From NCBI GenBank assembly GCA_965214405.1, contig OZ243956.1:1440001-1504000 (forward strand): a stretch of DNA of 64,000 nt, given 5' to 3'. Both the position numbers and the translations under genes were made by a program. Each line of letters starts with the position of its first letter. Positions within the stretch are counted from its first letter, which is position 1. The notes below the pieces were generated by a model that was not told where the DNA came from, did not search any database, and was given only the letters and a program-made list of their open reading frames with translations. Source of the DNA: Trueperaceae bacterium. GTDB lineage: Bacteria > Deinococcota > Deinococci > Deinococcales > Trueperaceae. Positions 20,383-29,869 of the stretch are shown piece by piece.

Positions 20383-20446
20383 ACCAGTAACAAGACGAGA
20401 CGTCTCGTCTTGTTACTGGTGAGTATAGGCAAGACGCAACGTCTTG
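20383..20446. promoter_or_regulatory. TetR operator region: perfect 38-bp palindrome plus a second site
   Basis: ACCAGTAACAAGACGAGACGTCTCGTCTTGTTACTGGT (20383-20420) and CAAGACG-CAA-CGTCTTG (20430-20446) between divergent genes. Confidence 0.8.
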
Positions 20447-20465
20447 TCAAGAGGTAGAGTAGGGC

Positions 20466-21056
20466 ATGGCAGAGCAGGGCAATGAACCCGATGAAAGACG
20501 CCGCAGCGTCAAGTCACACAAGGCTATTCTCGACGCCACCGTGAAGCTGCTTGAGGCAGGTGGGTACAAAAACCTGACCATTGAAGGGGTGGCTGCCGAA
20601 GCGGGCGTAGGTAAACAGACCATCTACCGCTGGTGGAGGTCTTTAGCAGAGCTGGTCATGGAAGCTTACATGTCCGCGAGCGATGTGCGGGTGCCCGAGC
20701 CTGATACGGGCACGCTTAGGGGCGACCTCAAGGCGATTCTGTTACCCGTGTTCGACCTCAACCGAGATTTCCGCGAGGGCACGGCGCTTGCCAACAAGAC
20801 GCTGATGGCGGAGGCGCAGTTGGATGAAAACTTTTTAGCCACCTATAGAGAGCTGCACAGTTACTGGCGAGCCCCGCTGCGGCGGGTACTGGAACGGGCG
20901 AAAGCGCGCGGCGAACTTGGGGCCAGCAAAGACAGCGAAGCGCTCATTGACGTGATGTTAGGGGCAGCGTGGTACCGGCTGCTGCTCGAGCACGCGCCCT
21001 TGGACGAGAACTTTGCCAAGGTGACGATTGACTTGATTGTCTCTGCGCAGGCTTAA
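20466..21056 (+). CDS. TetR/AcrR family transcriptional regulator
   Basis: TIEGVAAEAGVGKQTIYRWW HTH; PDTGTLRGDL. Confidence 0.95.
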   Translation: MAEQGNEPDERRRSVKSHKAILDATVKLLEAGGYKNLTIEGVAAEAGVGKQTIYRWWRSLAELVMEAYMSASDVRVPEPDTGTLRGDLKAILLPVFDLNRDFREGTALANKTLMAEAQLDENFLATYRELHSYWRAPLRRVLERAKARGELGASKDSEALIDVMLGAAWYRLLLEHAPLDENFAKVTIDLIVSAQA

Positions 21057-21285
21057 AGCTGGCTTGGGCGGTGAACCGGGCCGTCAATTACATAAAACTT
21101 TATTATGGCAGCAGCCATAGTCCTCATTTCCATCCCAATTTTTACGTTCACGCGCTAGAAGGCTAAGGTTGACTGGTAAGCCCCTTGGCCTCGAGCCCAC
21201 TTCCTTCAGTCGTCACGCATAGCAGTCCCCCTCGAGACCCGGAACCAAAGTATGCTTTAGTCACAAGTCGGTCTTAAAGGAAGGT

Positions 21286-22404
21286 ATGGACGCCCAAACA
21301 CTCTGCCCCAAACACATGACCCACGGCCCTTGCGGCGGGGTGAGGCCCTCAGGCGCGTGCGAGGTGGACGAGGCGCTGCCTTGTCCCTATCTGAACGTGC
21401 TGGACACGCTCCCCTGGCGTCGTCCGGTCATGCCTGAGCGAGAGCGGACCGGGCGCGGGGCGGGGAAGCTCGAGCGCACCCTACACTCAGGTCGGTTCGC
21501 CGTCATCGCCGAAGCCTACACCCCCGACAGCGCCGACTTAAGCGGGCTCATCCAGACCTACAGCACGTTTAAGGATAACTTCACCGCCGTCAACATCGCT
21601 GAACACGCGCTAGCGAGTCCGCACGCCTCCACCCTCGCGGCGGCGGCGCTGTTCGAACAAAGCGGCGTCGAGGCGATCATCAATCTCACCTGCCGCGACC
21701 GCAACCGCATCGGCTTGCAGGGCGAGATTCTGGGCGCGGCGGCCTTGGGCGTCAAAAACCTCTTCTGCGTCACAGGCGACCACCCCGCGCTCGGCGACCA
21801 CCCCGAGGCGAAGGCGGTTTTTGACTTAGACTCTTTAGAACTCATCGCCTTAGCAAAGAGGATGCGGGATGAAAGCATATTGCTAAGCGGACGCAGGCTC
21901 GAGCACCCACCTCACCTCTTTATCGGGGCCGCCGCCAACCCCTTTACCCGCCCCTATGACCTGCAAGCCGAGCGCGTCGCCGCCAAAGTCGCCGCGGGCG
22001 CGGACTTTATTCAGACCCAGGGGATTTTCGACGTGGCGCGTTTTGAAGGGTTCGTCCAACAACTGCGCGACTTTGGCGCGCTCGAGCGCGCCTACCTCAT
22101 CGCCGGGGTGGCGGTGGTCACGACGCTCGAGCAGGCCCTGTGGCTGAGGCGTGAAGTACCCGGCGCGCGCGTTCCCGACGAGCTTATCGAGCAGTTCAGC
22201 CAAACGCCGGAGCGTAAAAGACGTGACTTCGGGCTCACCTACGCCGCTGACCTCGTGGCACGGTTGCGCGGCGTAGTGGGGGTAAGCGGGGTGTTGCTTT
22301 TCCCCTTGCACGGCGACGTCCCTTCGGTTCGGGACGTGCTCGAGCGCATAAGTTTAGGAGATGAGGTGACGGGTGACGCATTACCAGCCGACTCTGGGGT
22401 CTAA
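21286..22404 (+). CDS. metF: Methylenetetrahydrofolate reductase family protein with N-terminal MetV-like Cys domain
   Basis: CPKHMTHGPCGG...CEV...C; LTCRDRNRIGLQ, VTGDHP, KVAAGADFIQTQ. Confidence 0.8.
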   Translation: MDAQTLCPKHMTHGPCGGVRPSGACEVDEALPCPYLNVLDTLPWRRPVMPERERTGRGAGKLERTLHSGRFAVIAEAYTPDSADLSGLIQTYSTFKDNFTAVNIAEHALASPHASTLAAAALFEQSGVEAIINLTCRDRNRIGLQGEILGAAALGVKNLFCVTGDHPALGDHPEAKAVFDLDSLELIALAKRMRDESILLSGRRLEHPPHLFIGAAANPFTRPYDLQAERVAAKVAAGADFIQTQGIFDVARFEGFVQQLRDFGALERAYLIAGVAVVTTLEQALWLRREVPGARVPDELIEQFSQTPERKRRDFGLTYAADLVARLRGVVGVSGVLLFPLHGDVPSVRDVLERISLGDEVTGDALPADSGV

Positions 22405-22789
22405 ATCCGAGGATGTGAGCGACGCTTTACGCGCGCTCGTCGCGCGGCAAGCGCGGTCTTGGGAGGAAAACAACTTCGGGTTGGCGGCGGACGACTGGCA
22501 CCCGGACGGCGTGCTGGTCTCCCCCGCCGGTAAGTGGCGCGCAAGTGAGTTAAAAGAGGAGATGGCGAAGTTTCACCGCGACTATACCGACCTTAGGGTA
22601 ACGGTAAAAAACATCTTTGCGACGGCGGACGGCTCCCGGCTCGCCCTCGAGTGGGACTGGACCGTGACGCGGAGAAGCGACGGCGCGCGCGGCACGACGC
22701 CCGACGCGATCATCGCCGAGTTAAAAGGGGACAAAATCCTCTCCTGGCGCGAGTATTTTGACTTGTCTAGCTCGGTTGAGGGGGATTGA
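22373..22789 (+). CDS. SnoaL/NTF2-like protein
   Basis: 138 aa, LALEW and KILSWREYFD C-terminal pattern. Confidence 0.8.
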   Translation: MTHYQPTLGSKSEDVSDALRALVARQARSWEENNFGLAADDWHPDGVLVSPAGKWRASELKEEMAKFHRDYTDLRVTVKNIFATADGSRLALEWDWTVTRRSDGARGTTPDAIIAELKGDKILSWREYFDLSSSVEGD

Positions 22790-23640
22790 GGATGATCGAG
22801 CCTTTCACCCTGCTCTTTGACGACGAGGCAAAAGACGACAGAGCCTTGCCCGAGGATTTGCGTACCATCTACGGCGGCGACTGGTTGTTACCCGAAGTTA
22901 CCGGACGACCCTACACCTACGCGAACTTTGCGCTGTCGCGCGACGGACGTGTCTCGTTTAATGTTTCCGGTCACTTGGGCGGCGGCGACGTGAGCGGGTT
23001 TAACACGCACGACAGGTGGCTGATGGGCCTCCTGCGCGCCCGCGCCGACGCGGTGGTGGTGGGGGATAACACGCTGAGGCTCGAGCCCGACCACCTCTGG
23101 ACTTGCGACTACATCTTTCCTGACACTGAGGCTTTTGCGGCGCTACGCGAGGCGGAAGGCCGTAAGCCCCAGCCTGTGCAGGTCTTTTTGTCACTTACCG
23201 GCGACTTCGACGCCGAAGCCGCGGTCTTTTGTCAGTCTCATCTGGACGTTATGATTGCGACGACCTCGAGGGGGTACGAAAAGGCCCAGGCGCTACGCTG
23301 CGCCGCGAACGTCACGGTTTTGAATCTGGGTGAGGAGCGTGTCGATTTGAGTCGGTTCGTAAAGGTTCTCCACAGCGACTTCGGCGTCAACACCTTGCTC
23401 TGCGAGGGCGGGCCGCGGGTCTACGGTGGCTTTATTGAGGCGGGACTGATGGACGACGAGTTTTTGACGCTCTGCCCGACGGTCATCGGCAATCCTGTGG
23501 TGGCTGAGAATAGTAAACCGCGCCCCGGCCTCATCGAAGGGACGGCCTTTATGCCGAATGCGTACCCTAAGTCCCTCCCCACCAGTCTGCGCCGCGCCGG
23601 GGACCACCTCTTTCTAAAGTCCCGGTACGTGTACCCGTGA
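22786..23640 (+). CDS. RibD C-terminal / dihydrofolate reductase-fold reductase
   Basis: NFALSRDG, LRARADAVVVG, LLCEGGP. Confidence 0.88.
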   Translation: MRMIEPFTLLFDDEAKDDRALPEDLRTIYGGDWLLPEVTGRPYTYANFALSRDGRVSFNVSGHLGGGDVSGFNTHDRWLMGLLRARADAVVVGDNTLRLEPDHLWTCDYIFPDTEAFAALREAEGRKPQPVQVFLSLTGDFDAEAAVFCQSHLDVMIATTSRGYEKAQALRCAANVTVLNLGEERVDLSRFVKVLHSDFGVNTLLCEGGPRVYGGFIEAGLMDDEFLTLCPTVIGNPVVAENSKPRPGLIEGTAFMPNAYPKSLPTSLRRAGDHLFLKSRYVYP

Positions 23641-24989
23641 GCGTGAGCGCTGAGGTCCTACACGAACTTAACGCCGTGGTGGGCGAGCGGGGTGTCATGA
23701 CCGACCCCAAGGTCCTCGCGGCGATGTCGCAAGACCACTACTGGTTTTCGCCCGTGCTTAAACCCAAACTTGAAAATAGGCTCGCCGACGTCATCGTGCA
23801 GCCGAACAGCGTGGCTGAGTTAAAGGAAGTCGTTAAGCTGGCCTACGCGCACGACCTGCCGGTGACGACGCGCGGCAGCGGCACGGGCAACTACGGCCAG
23901 GGGATGCCGATGCAAGGCGGCGTGGTCTTGAGCACGCACGGGCTTAAACGTGTGCTCGAGCTGACCCCAACCCACGCGCGGGTGCAGGCGGGCGTCCGTT
24001 TGGGAATTTTGGAGCGTGAGGCGAGAAAGGTCGGCGCGGAGCTGCGCATGTACCCGAGCACCTTTGTGACCGCCACGGCGGGCGGCTTTCTGGCGGGCGG
24101 CGCGGGCGGCGTCGGCTCGGTCACCTGGGGCACGCTCTGGGACGAGGGCAACGTGCTCGCCGCAACCGTCATGACGGTCGAGCCGGAGCCGCGACTTTTG
24201 GACGTTGAAGGAGCTCATGCGCTCCAGGGCGTGATTCACTCCTGCGGCCTCACCTGCGTGATTGTCGATTTGACGTTTGCGTTGGCTCCCGCCGAAGCGT
24301 GGCAGCAGTACGCGGTCACGTTTGACACTTTCGAGGACGCGCTGCACTTCGGTGAAGCACTCGCTTATGACGACGGGGTCAAAAAACGCCTCGTCTCGCT
24401 CCACGAATGGCCCATCCCGAGTTTTTTTGGGCGGCTCGAGCGCGAAGGTATCACCCGCAACGGCAAGGCGCTGGCCCTGCTAGAACTCACCATGAGCCCG
24501 GACGAGTTAGCGCCCCTCATCCAGACCCACGGTGGCGACCTCACCTGGCACGGTCCGCACGAGACGTATTTGGGAGGCTCTATTAAACTTTCGGACTTTT
24601 CCTGGAACCACACGACGCTCTGGGCCATTAAAGCCGACCCCAACATGACCTACTTACAAGACGCCTACGACCGCGAGCGAGTGCGGGAGCAACTCGAGAC
24701 ACGCCGCAAAAGGTTTCCCGGCGAACTCCTCCACCACATTGAGTTCATGCGCTTCGGCGGGCCGCCCTACCCGCAGGGGATGACGCTGGTGCGTTTCAAA
24801 AACGAGGCCAGACTGCGCGAGATTCAGGCCTTTACCGAATCCCTCGGCATGAGCGACGCCGACGCGCACAGTCACAAATTAGACGACGACGTGCGTTGGA
24901 ACGGCCAACCAATTCTGGACGCCAAACGTCGCTGGGACCCCAAGGGGCTCCTCAATCCGGGGCATCTGAACGCCGAAAAGGACATGTGA
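23637..24989 (+). CDS. FAD-binding oxidoreductase (PCMH/VAO type)
   Basis: RGSGTGNYGQ, YPST...ATAGG, KRRWDPKGLLNPG. Confidence 0.9.
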   Translation: MSVSAEVLHELNAVVGERGVMTDPKVLAAMSQDHYWFSPVLKPKLENRLADVIVQPNSVAELKEVVKLAYAHDLPVTTRGSGTGNYGQGMPMQGGVVLSTHGLKRVLELTPTHARVQAGVRLGILEREARKVGAELRMYPSTFVTATAGGFLAGGAGGVGSVTWGTLWDEGNVLAATVMTVEPEPRLLDVEGAHALQGVIHSCGLTCVIVDLTFALAPAEAWQQYAVTFDTFEDALHFGEALAYDDGVKKRLVSLHEWPIPSFFGRLEREGITRNGKALALLELTMSPDELAPLIQTHGGDLTWHGPHETYLGGSIKLSDFSWNHTTLWAIKADPNMTYLQDAYDRERVREQLETRRKRFPGELLHHIEFMRFGGPPYPQGMTLVRFKNEARLREIQAFTESLGMSDADAHSHKLDDDVRWNGQPILDAKRRWDPKGLLNPGHLNAEKDM

Positions 24990-25753
24990 CGCGAGACCTC
25001 ACCCACCTCACCTGGACCGACGTTCGTGACCTGGATAAGACGGCGGGCGTCGTCGTGTTGCCCGTCGGCGCGGTCGAGCAGCACGGGCCGCACCTGCCCC
25101 TCATCACCGACACCTTGCAGGTGACGCGGGTGCTGGACGCGGCCTTGGAACGCCTCCCAGAAACCGTCGCCGCCTGGACGCTGCCCGCGCTTCCTTACGG
25201 GAAAAGCGGCGAGCACGCGGGCTTCCCCGGCACGATGAGCTTATCGGCAGATACGCTCCGGGCGACGCTCTTTGACGTCGCCGCGGGCGTCCAAAAAGCA
25301 GGGTTCAGACGCTTGGCCTTTCTTAATGGACACGGCGGCAACGTGTCGGTGCTAGACGCCGCCGCGCGCGACATTCACGCGACCACCGGGCTGACCTGTT
25401 TTTGCGTTCAGCCGAGCTTTTGGTTGCAGCCGCCCTTCGCGGTCTCAGAAGACGAGGACCGTTTCGGCATCCACGCGGGCGAGTTGGAGACCTCGCTGAT
25501 GCTGCTGCTCGAGCCCTCCCTCGTCAAGCCGGAGCGCGCCGCCAGACACTTTCCCGACTTTCTCGAGGGCGAGCTTCAGCTCTTCGGCGCGGCCTCGGTC
25601 GCCTGGCTGACGCGCGACTGGAGCGAAACGGGCGTGTTCGGTGACGCTACACTCGGCACCGCCGAAAAAGGCCGTGCGCTGCTCGACAATGCCGCTGAGC
25701 GCTTGGCCCGCCTCATCACCGAGATGAGCACATTTGAGGTGGCGCGTGGCTGA
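24986..25753 (+). CDS. Creatininase-family amidohydrolase
   Basis: LPVGAVEQHGPHLP, NGHGGN, HAGELETS; GTGA overlap with the upstream stop. Confidence 0.92.
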   Translation: MTRDLTHLTWTDVRDLDKTAGVVVLPVGAVEQHGPHLPLITDTLQVTRVLDAALERLPETVAAWTLPALPYGKSGEHAGFPGTMSLSADTLRATLFDVAAGVQKAGFRRLAFLNGHGGNVSVLDAAARDIHATTGLTCFCVQPSFWLQPPFAVSEDEDRFGIHAGELETSLMLLLEPSLVKPERAARHFPDFLEGELQLFGAASVAWLTRDWSETGVFGDATLGTAEKGRALLDNAAERLARLITEMSTFEVARG

Positions 25754-26996
25754 AGGAGCCGAGGTCGCCTGGGTTTTGAGAAAGGCTAGGTCTGGCGACC
25801 AAGACAGCCTTGTTGATGTTGCCTTGGACGGCGGGCGCATGACCGCCATCGGCGCGAATCTTCCGCAACGCGGGCTCGAGGAATGGGACTTAGCGGGCCG
25901 CGTGGTGCTACCCGGTTTGGTAGACCCGCACGTTCATCTGGATAAAACTTACGCACCCTTCGACAATGAGAGCGGCACGTTGGGGGAAGCCATTAAAGTT
26001 TGGCGGGAGCACAAGGGAAATTTCAGCCACGCCGACTACAAGGCGCGGGCGCTCAAAGCCGTGCGGAGGGCGGTGGCGAACGGCACGACCGCCATGCGTA
26101 CCCATGTGGACGTGGACGCCGACTGTTTGCGCGTAGGCTTTACGGCGTTGGGAGCGCTGCTCGAGCTTAGAGAGGAAATAGCAGACTTTCTCGACGTGCA
26201 AATCGTCGCCCTGGGCAACGCCGGGATGAGTCAAGACGAAACTGACGCTCTAAGGAAAGCGCTCGAGCTTGGTGCCGACCTCGTCGGCGGCGCGCCCGCG
26301 CTGACGGACGACCCGGTACACTGTCTTCGCACCACCTTCGACTTGGCTGAAACTTTTAACAAAGATATTGATTTACACATTGACGAAACCGAAGACCCGG
26401 CGGTGCTTACGCTCCAAACGCTCGCCAAGTTGACGCTCGAGCGTGGCTTTCAGGGTCGCGTGACGGCGGGGCACTGCTGCTCGCTCGATTTTGTTGCTGA
26501 CGAGGTGGCGGCTAAGGTCATAGACAAAGTCGCTGAAGCCGAACTGAACGTCATCACCTTGCCCTCGTGTAACCTCGTCCTACTGGGCCGCGGGCGTCAT
26601 CCTGCGCCGCGCGGCGTGACGCGCGTGCGGGATTTTCTAGACAAAGGGGTAAACGTCGCCGCCGCGTCGGACAACGCGCATGACCCCTTCAACCCGCTCG
26701 GGCACTATGACCCGCTGTTCACCGCCAACTTAACCGCGCACGCGGCGCACCTGACGGGTACGGAGGAGTTGAATATGTGCGTTGAGCTGGTCACGACACA
26801 CGCCGCGCGGGTCATGGGCTTAGAGGATTACGGACTCACCGAGGGGGCAAGGGCCGACCTCGTCGTCCTCGACACGACCCGCCGGGGCGACGCCGTCACC
26901 GCCTTGCCGGAGCGTTTGGCAACGTTCAAGGGAGGCCGCTGCGTGGTGCGGCGGCACGTTCGGCAGACGTGGGCGGAAGGAAACTTATGGACTTAA
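25746..26996 (+). CDS. Cytosine/pterin deaminase-like amidohydrolase
   Basis: DPHVHLDK, DLHIDET, AGHC, SDN metal and catalytic motifs all intact. Confidence 0.88.
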   Translation: MAEGAEVAWVLRKARSGDQDSLVDVALDGGRMTAIGANLPQRGLEEWDLAGRVVLPGLVDPHVHLDKTYAPFDNESGTLGEAIKVWREHKGNFSHADYKARALKAVRRAVANGTTAMRTHVDVDADCLRVGFTALGALLELREEIADFLDVQIVALGNAGMSQDETDALRKALELGADLVGGAPALTDDPVHCLRTTFDLAETFNKDIDLHIDETEDPAVLTLQTLAKLTLERGFQGRVTAGHCCSLDFVADEVAAKVIDKVAEAELNVITLPSCNLVLLGRGRHPAPRGVTRVRDFLDKGVNVAAASDNAHDPFNPLGHYDPLFTANLTAHAAHLTGTEELNMCVELVTTHAARVMGLEDYGLTEGARADLVVLDTTRRGDAVTALPERLATFKGGRCVVRRHVRQTWAEGNLWT

Positions 26997-28210
26997 TCCT
27001 CCGCAACGCGCTTCTTTTGGACGGACGAACCGTGGATGTTGGGATTGAGGACGGCGGGATTGTGAGGCTCGAGCCCGACCTGGAAACCTCCGCCAAAGAA
27101 GAACTCGACGCCGCGGGCGGGCTGACCCTGCCCGCTTTCGTCAACGGGCAACTTCACGCCTGCAAAGTGTTCTGGCGGCGCAAGTTAGCCGCGCTACCCG
27201 AGCACGTGCAAGCGCTCCCCCGCTTTGAGGCCGCGCGGCACGTCAAAGCGACCTATACGCCCGACGACGTGTTCCAGCGCGTGAGCGAGGTGATGCGTTT
27301 AGCCGTTCTCAACGGCACCTGCGCCATCCGCTTGTTTGCCGACGTGGACGAGGCTTCGGGACTGAACGCCATAAAAGGTTTACTCAAAATCAAAGACGCT
27401 TTTAGCCCCCTTATGAACGTGCAAGTCGCCGCTTTCCCGCAAGACGGCGTGCTGAACGGCGCGACTGAAAGACTGATGCGAGAGGCGCTTCTGTTGGGAG
27501 CCGACATCGTCGGCGGCATCCCCTGGATTGAGCGGGACGAGGCGGCGCGGCGGGCGCACATCGACCTGTGCTTTTCTCTGGCAAAGACTTTTGACAAAGA
27601 CCTGCATTTTGTCTGCGATGACACGACCGACCCGGCCTCGAGAACGCTTGACTACCTCGCGCGTAAAACCATCCAAGAGAACTACGAAAACCGCGTCGCC
27701 GCGACCCAATGTACCGCGCTGGCCTTTTACGACGACGCCTACGCCGCTGAGGTCGTTCGCCTCGTCAAACAAGCGGGCATCACCGTTTTCAGCAACGCCC
27801 ATGTATCCTTGGTGACGACCGAGCCAGGGCGTGAACCTTATCCGCGCGGGCTCACCCGCGTGCGCGAACTCTTGGCCGCGGGCGTCCCGGTCGCCTGCGC
27901 GCAAGACGACATCGACAACTGGTACTACCCGTTCGGGCGTAACGACATGCTCGAGGTCGCGCACTATATGGCGCACGTCGGCGGCTTCGCCTGGGAACCT
28001 GAGAAAGTCTTGCCGATGGTGACCGAGGTTCCGGCTCGAGCCCTGGGGCTTCGGCGCTACGGGCTGAGCGTGGGTGACGCGGCGAACTTAGTCGTGCTTG
28101 ACGCCTCGAGCTGGCACCAGGCGCTTCAGTTTCAAGAGGTCAAAAAAGCCGTTATCTTACGCGGACGCCTGGTTGCAAGAACTGAACAAACGCTCACTAC
28201 CGGGTTCTAG
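26987..28210 (+). CDS. Cytosine deaminase-like amidohydrolase paralogue with degenerate metal site
   Basis: Same fold motifs (VAAFPQDG, VGGIP, YPFG) but NGQLH, HFVCDD and ATQC at the ligand positions. Confidence 0.8.
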   Translation: MDLILRNALLLDGRTVDVGIEDGGIVRLEPDLETSAKEELDAAGGLTLPAFVNGQLHACKVFWRRKLAALPEHVQALPRFEAARHVKATYTPDDVFQRVSEVMRLAVLNGTCAIRLFADVDEASGLNAIKGLLKIKDAFSPLMNVQVAAFPQDGVLNGATERLMREALLLGADIVGGIPWIERDEAARRAHIDLCFSLAKTFDKDLHFVCDDTTDPASRTLDYLARKTIQENYENRVAATQCTALAFYDDAYAAEVVRLVKQAGITVFSNAHVSLVTTEPGREPYPRGLTRVRELLAAGVPVACAQDDIDNWYYPFGRNDMLEVAHYMAHVGGFAWEPEKVLPMVTEVPARALGLRRYGLSVGDAANLVVLDASSWHQALQFQEVKKAVILRGRLVARTEQTLTTGF

Positions 28211-28329
28211 GGGAACCTTAATTAACCCGTAAGGAGCGCCTTTCGTCGGGGGACTGCCAGCGTCAACCGGTGCGCCCGCCCACCAGCACCGTGACCGTTG
28301 ACGCGTCCGCCGCCGGGAGGATGAACCCC

Positions 28330-29859
28330 TCAAGTCCGACGCCAAAAGGTCAGCAAACGAGCAAAGACCATGAGCGCGACCAAAACGGACGGGGTGTAGA
28401 CCTTTTGCCGCTCGAGCCCCGCCTCGTCAAAGAGTTCATCCAGATAGTGCGTGGTGCTGGCCGGGACGAGCATCGTCTTCAACCAGGTGCGGAGGCGGAG
28501 GTTCGCCCCTGATGGCATGACGCCCATCTCTCTTGCCAGAACGTCGCAGTAGGGGAACTGCTCTACGGGATAGACGTTACTGGTGTCGAGCGCGCTGTAC
28601 TCCTCACACAGCGAACGCCACGCTTCCTGTTGTCTTGCTTGCACGTCCACCGGAAGGCGGTACTTGCCAGAGAGCACGCCCACGGCGTAGCGCGCCTGTA
28701 TCTCGCTAATGGACGGGATGTTGCCGATGATGGGCCTGGCGAAACCTATGAGAAACAGCGTGTTTATGGGGGCATAAATACAGCCGTGGTAGAAATCTTT
28801 TAGGTGAAGCGCGCCAAGGGACAACGTAGGCAGCCTCGAGTGGTAGCCGGTAGACGGCACCAAAACGTCGGGCGCAAGGCGGCGCGTCGTCGTTCCGTCA
28901 AAGTCGGCATACTCGTTCCACGCTTCGTTCGTCGGCGGGCCGATGATGGTCAGACGTCCCTCGGCCACGGCGTCTAAAAAGTCGTCACTTTTGTTGTGAA
29001 ACACGTTGAAAAGTTCGCCCTTGGCTCGAGCCTTGAGCTTAAGGTCCCAGGTTCTCCTCAAGGCCTGCGCCCGAGCGCCAGCGTCGTGATTGGCGCGCTG
29101 ATGTGGAAATAACCTGGCTAAGAGTTTGTCAAAGCGGATGCGAAAGGTTACAAAACGCTCGCCCACCCGGTTGCGCGTTCGTTTGCCAAAAGAGAGCAGG
29201 AGCCGGTTACGCAAAAAGTCCGAGGGCACCCCGCGTATCGGATGATAGCGCGGGCTGACCCGGACGCCGGAACGCAGGGAGAGAAGAACGGTGTTGTTGT
29301 GCGCCGGTTTAGCGAGGTGGTTAGCGATGTCGGTGGCCGACTCGCCCCCGCCGACCACCACGACCGTCGCGTTGCGGACCTCCTCAGGTCGCTCGGCAAC
29401 GGGAACGTGGGGGGACTCGAGCGGGATTTTTTGGTTGACGAGGCCGGTACACAAAAACACGGCGTCAAAGGTCTCGCTCGTTTCCTCCCCATTCTCTAAA
29501 AGGTGGAGCGTCCAGCCGTTTTGAGCGCGCTCGAGCCTTGTCAATTCGACGCCGAAGCGGACGCGCGCCCTCAAATGAAAGCGTTCCGCAAAGGCGTCTA
29601 AATAATCGCCAAACTGAGCGCCGCGAAAGAACTCCTCAAAGTTTCTTTCGCGCGTGACCTCCGGCTGCCAGAGGCGAAAGCAGGAAAACTGGGTGGTGTA
29701 TTTGGTCGAGGTTGAGACGAAGTCCGCGCGCTGGTCACCCCAACAGCCCCGAACGGTGTGGCTTTTTTCGAAGCAGACAACCTCCGAGGCTGGATAAATG
29801 TCGAGCAAATATTTTAGCGTGACCAGCCCGCTGCTACCCGCGCCGACGACGGCGATCAC
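28330..29859 (-). CDS. Flavin-containing monooxygenase (class B FMO-like) with hydrophobic C-terminal tail
   Basis: GAGSSG (FAD), GGGESATD (NADPH), STGY, GFARPIIGNIP...EIQARY. Confidence 0.82.
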   Translation of the reverse strand: MIAVVGAGSSGLVTLKYLLDIYPASEVVCFEKSHTVRGCWGDQRADFVSTSTKYTTQFSCFRLWQPEVTRERNFEEFFRGAQFGDYLDAFAERFHLRARVRFGVELTRLERAQNGWTLHLLENGEETSETFDAVFLCTGLVNQKIPLESPHVPVAERPEEVRNATVVVVGGGESATDIANHLAKPAHNNTVLLSLRSGVRVSPRYHPIRGVPSDFLRNRLLLSFGKRTRNRVGERFVTFRIRFDKLLARLFPHQRANHDAGARAQALRRTWDLKLKARAKGELFNVFHNKSDDFLDAVAEGRLTIIGPPTNEAWNEYADFDGTTTRRLAPDVLVPSTGYHSRLPTLSLGALHLKDFYHGCIYAPINTLFLIGFARPIIGNIPSISEIQARYAVGVLSGKYRLPVDVQARQQEAWRSLCEEYSALDTSNVYPVEQFPYCDVLAREMGVMPSGANLRLRTWLKTMLVPASTTHYLDELFDEAGLERQKVYTPSVLVALMVFARLLTFWRRT

Positions 29860-29869
29860 GTGGAGCCCT

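Noticed and set aside
21057..21285. THF, ZMP or FMN riboswitch ahead of the metF operon
   Set aside because: No recognisable consensus by eye; an Rfam scan would be needed to exclude it fully
24986..25753. Mycofactocin peptidase MftE
   Set aside because: No mftA precursor, MftB or radical SAM gene nearby
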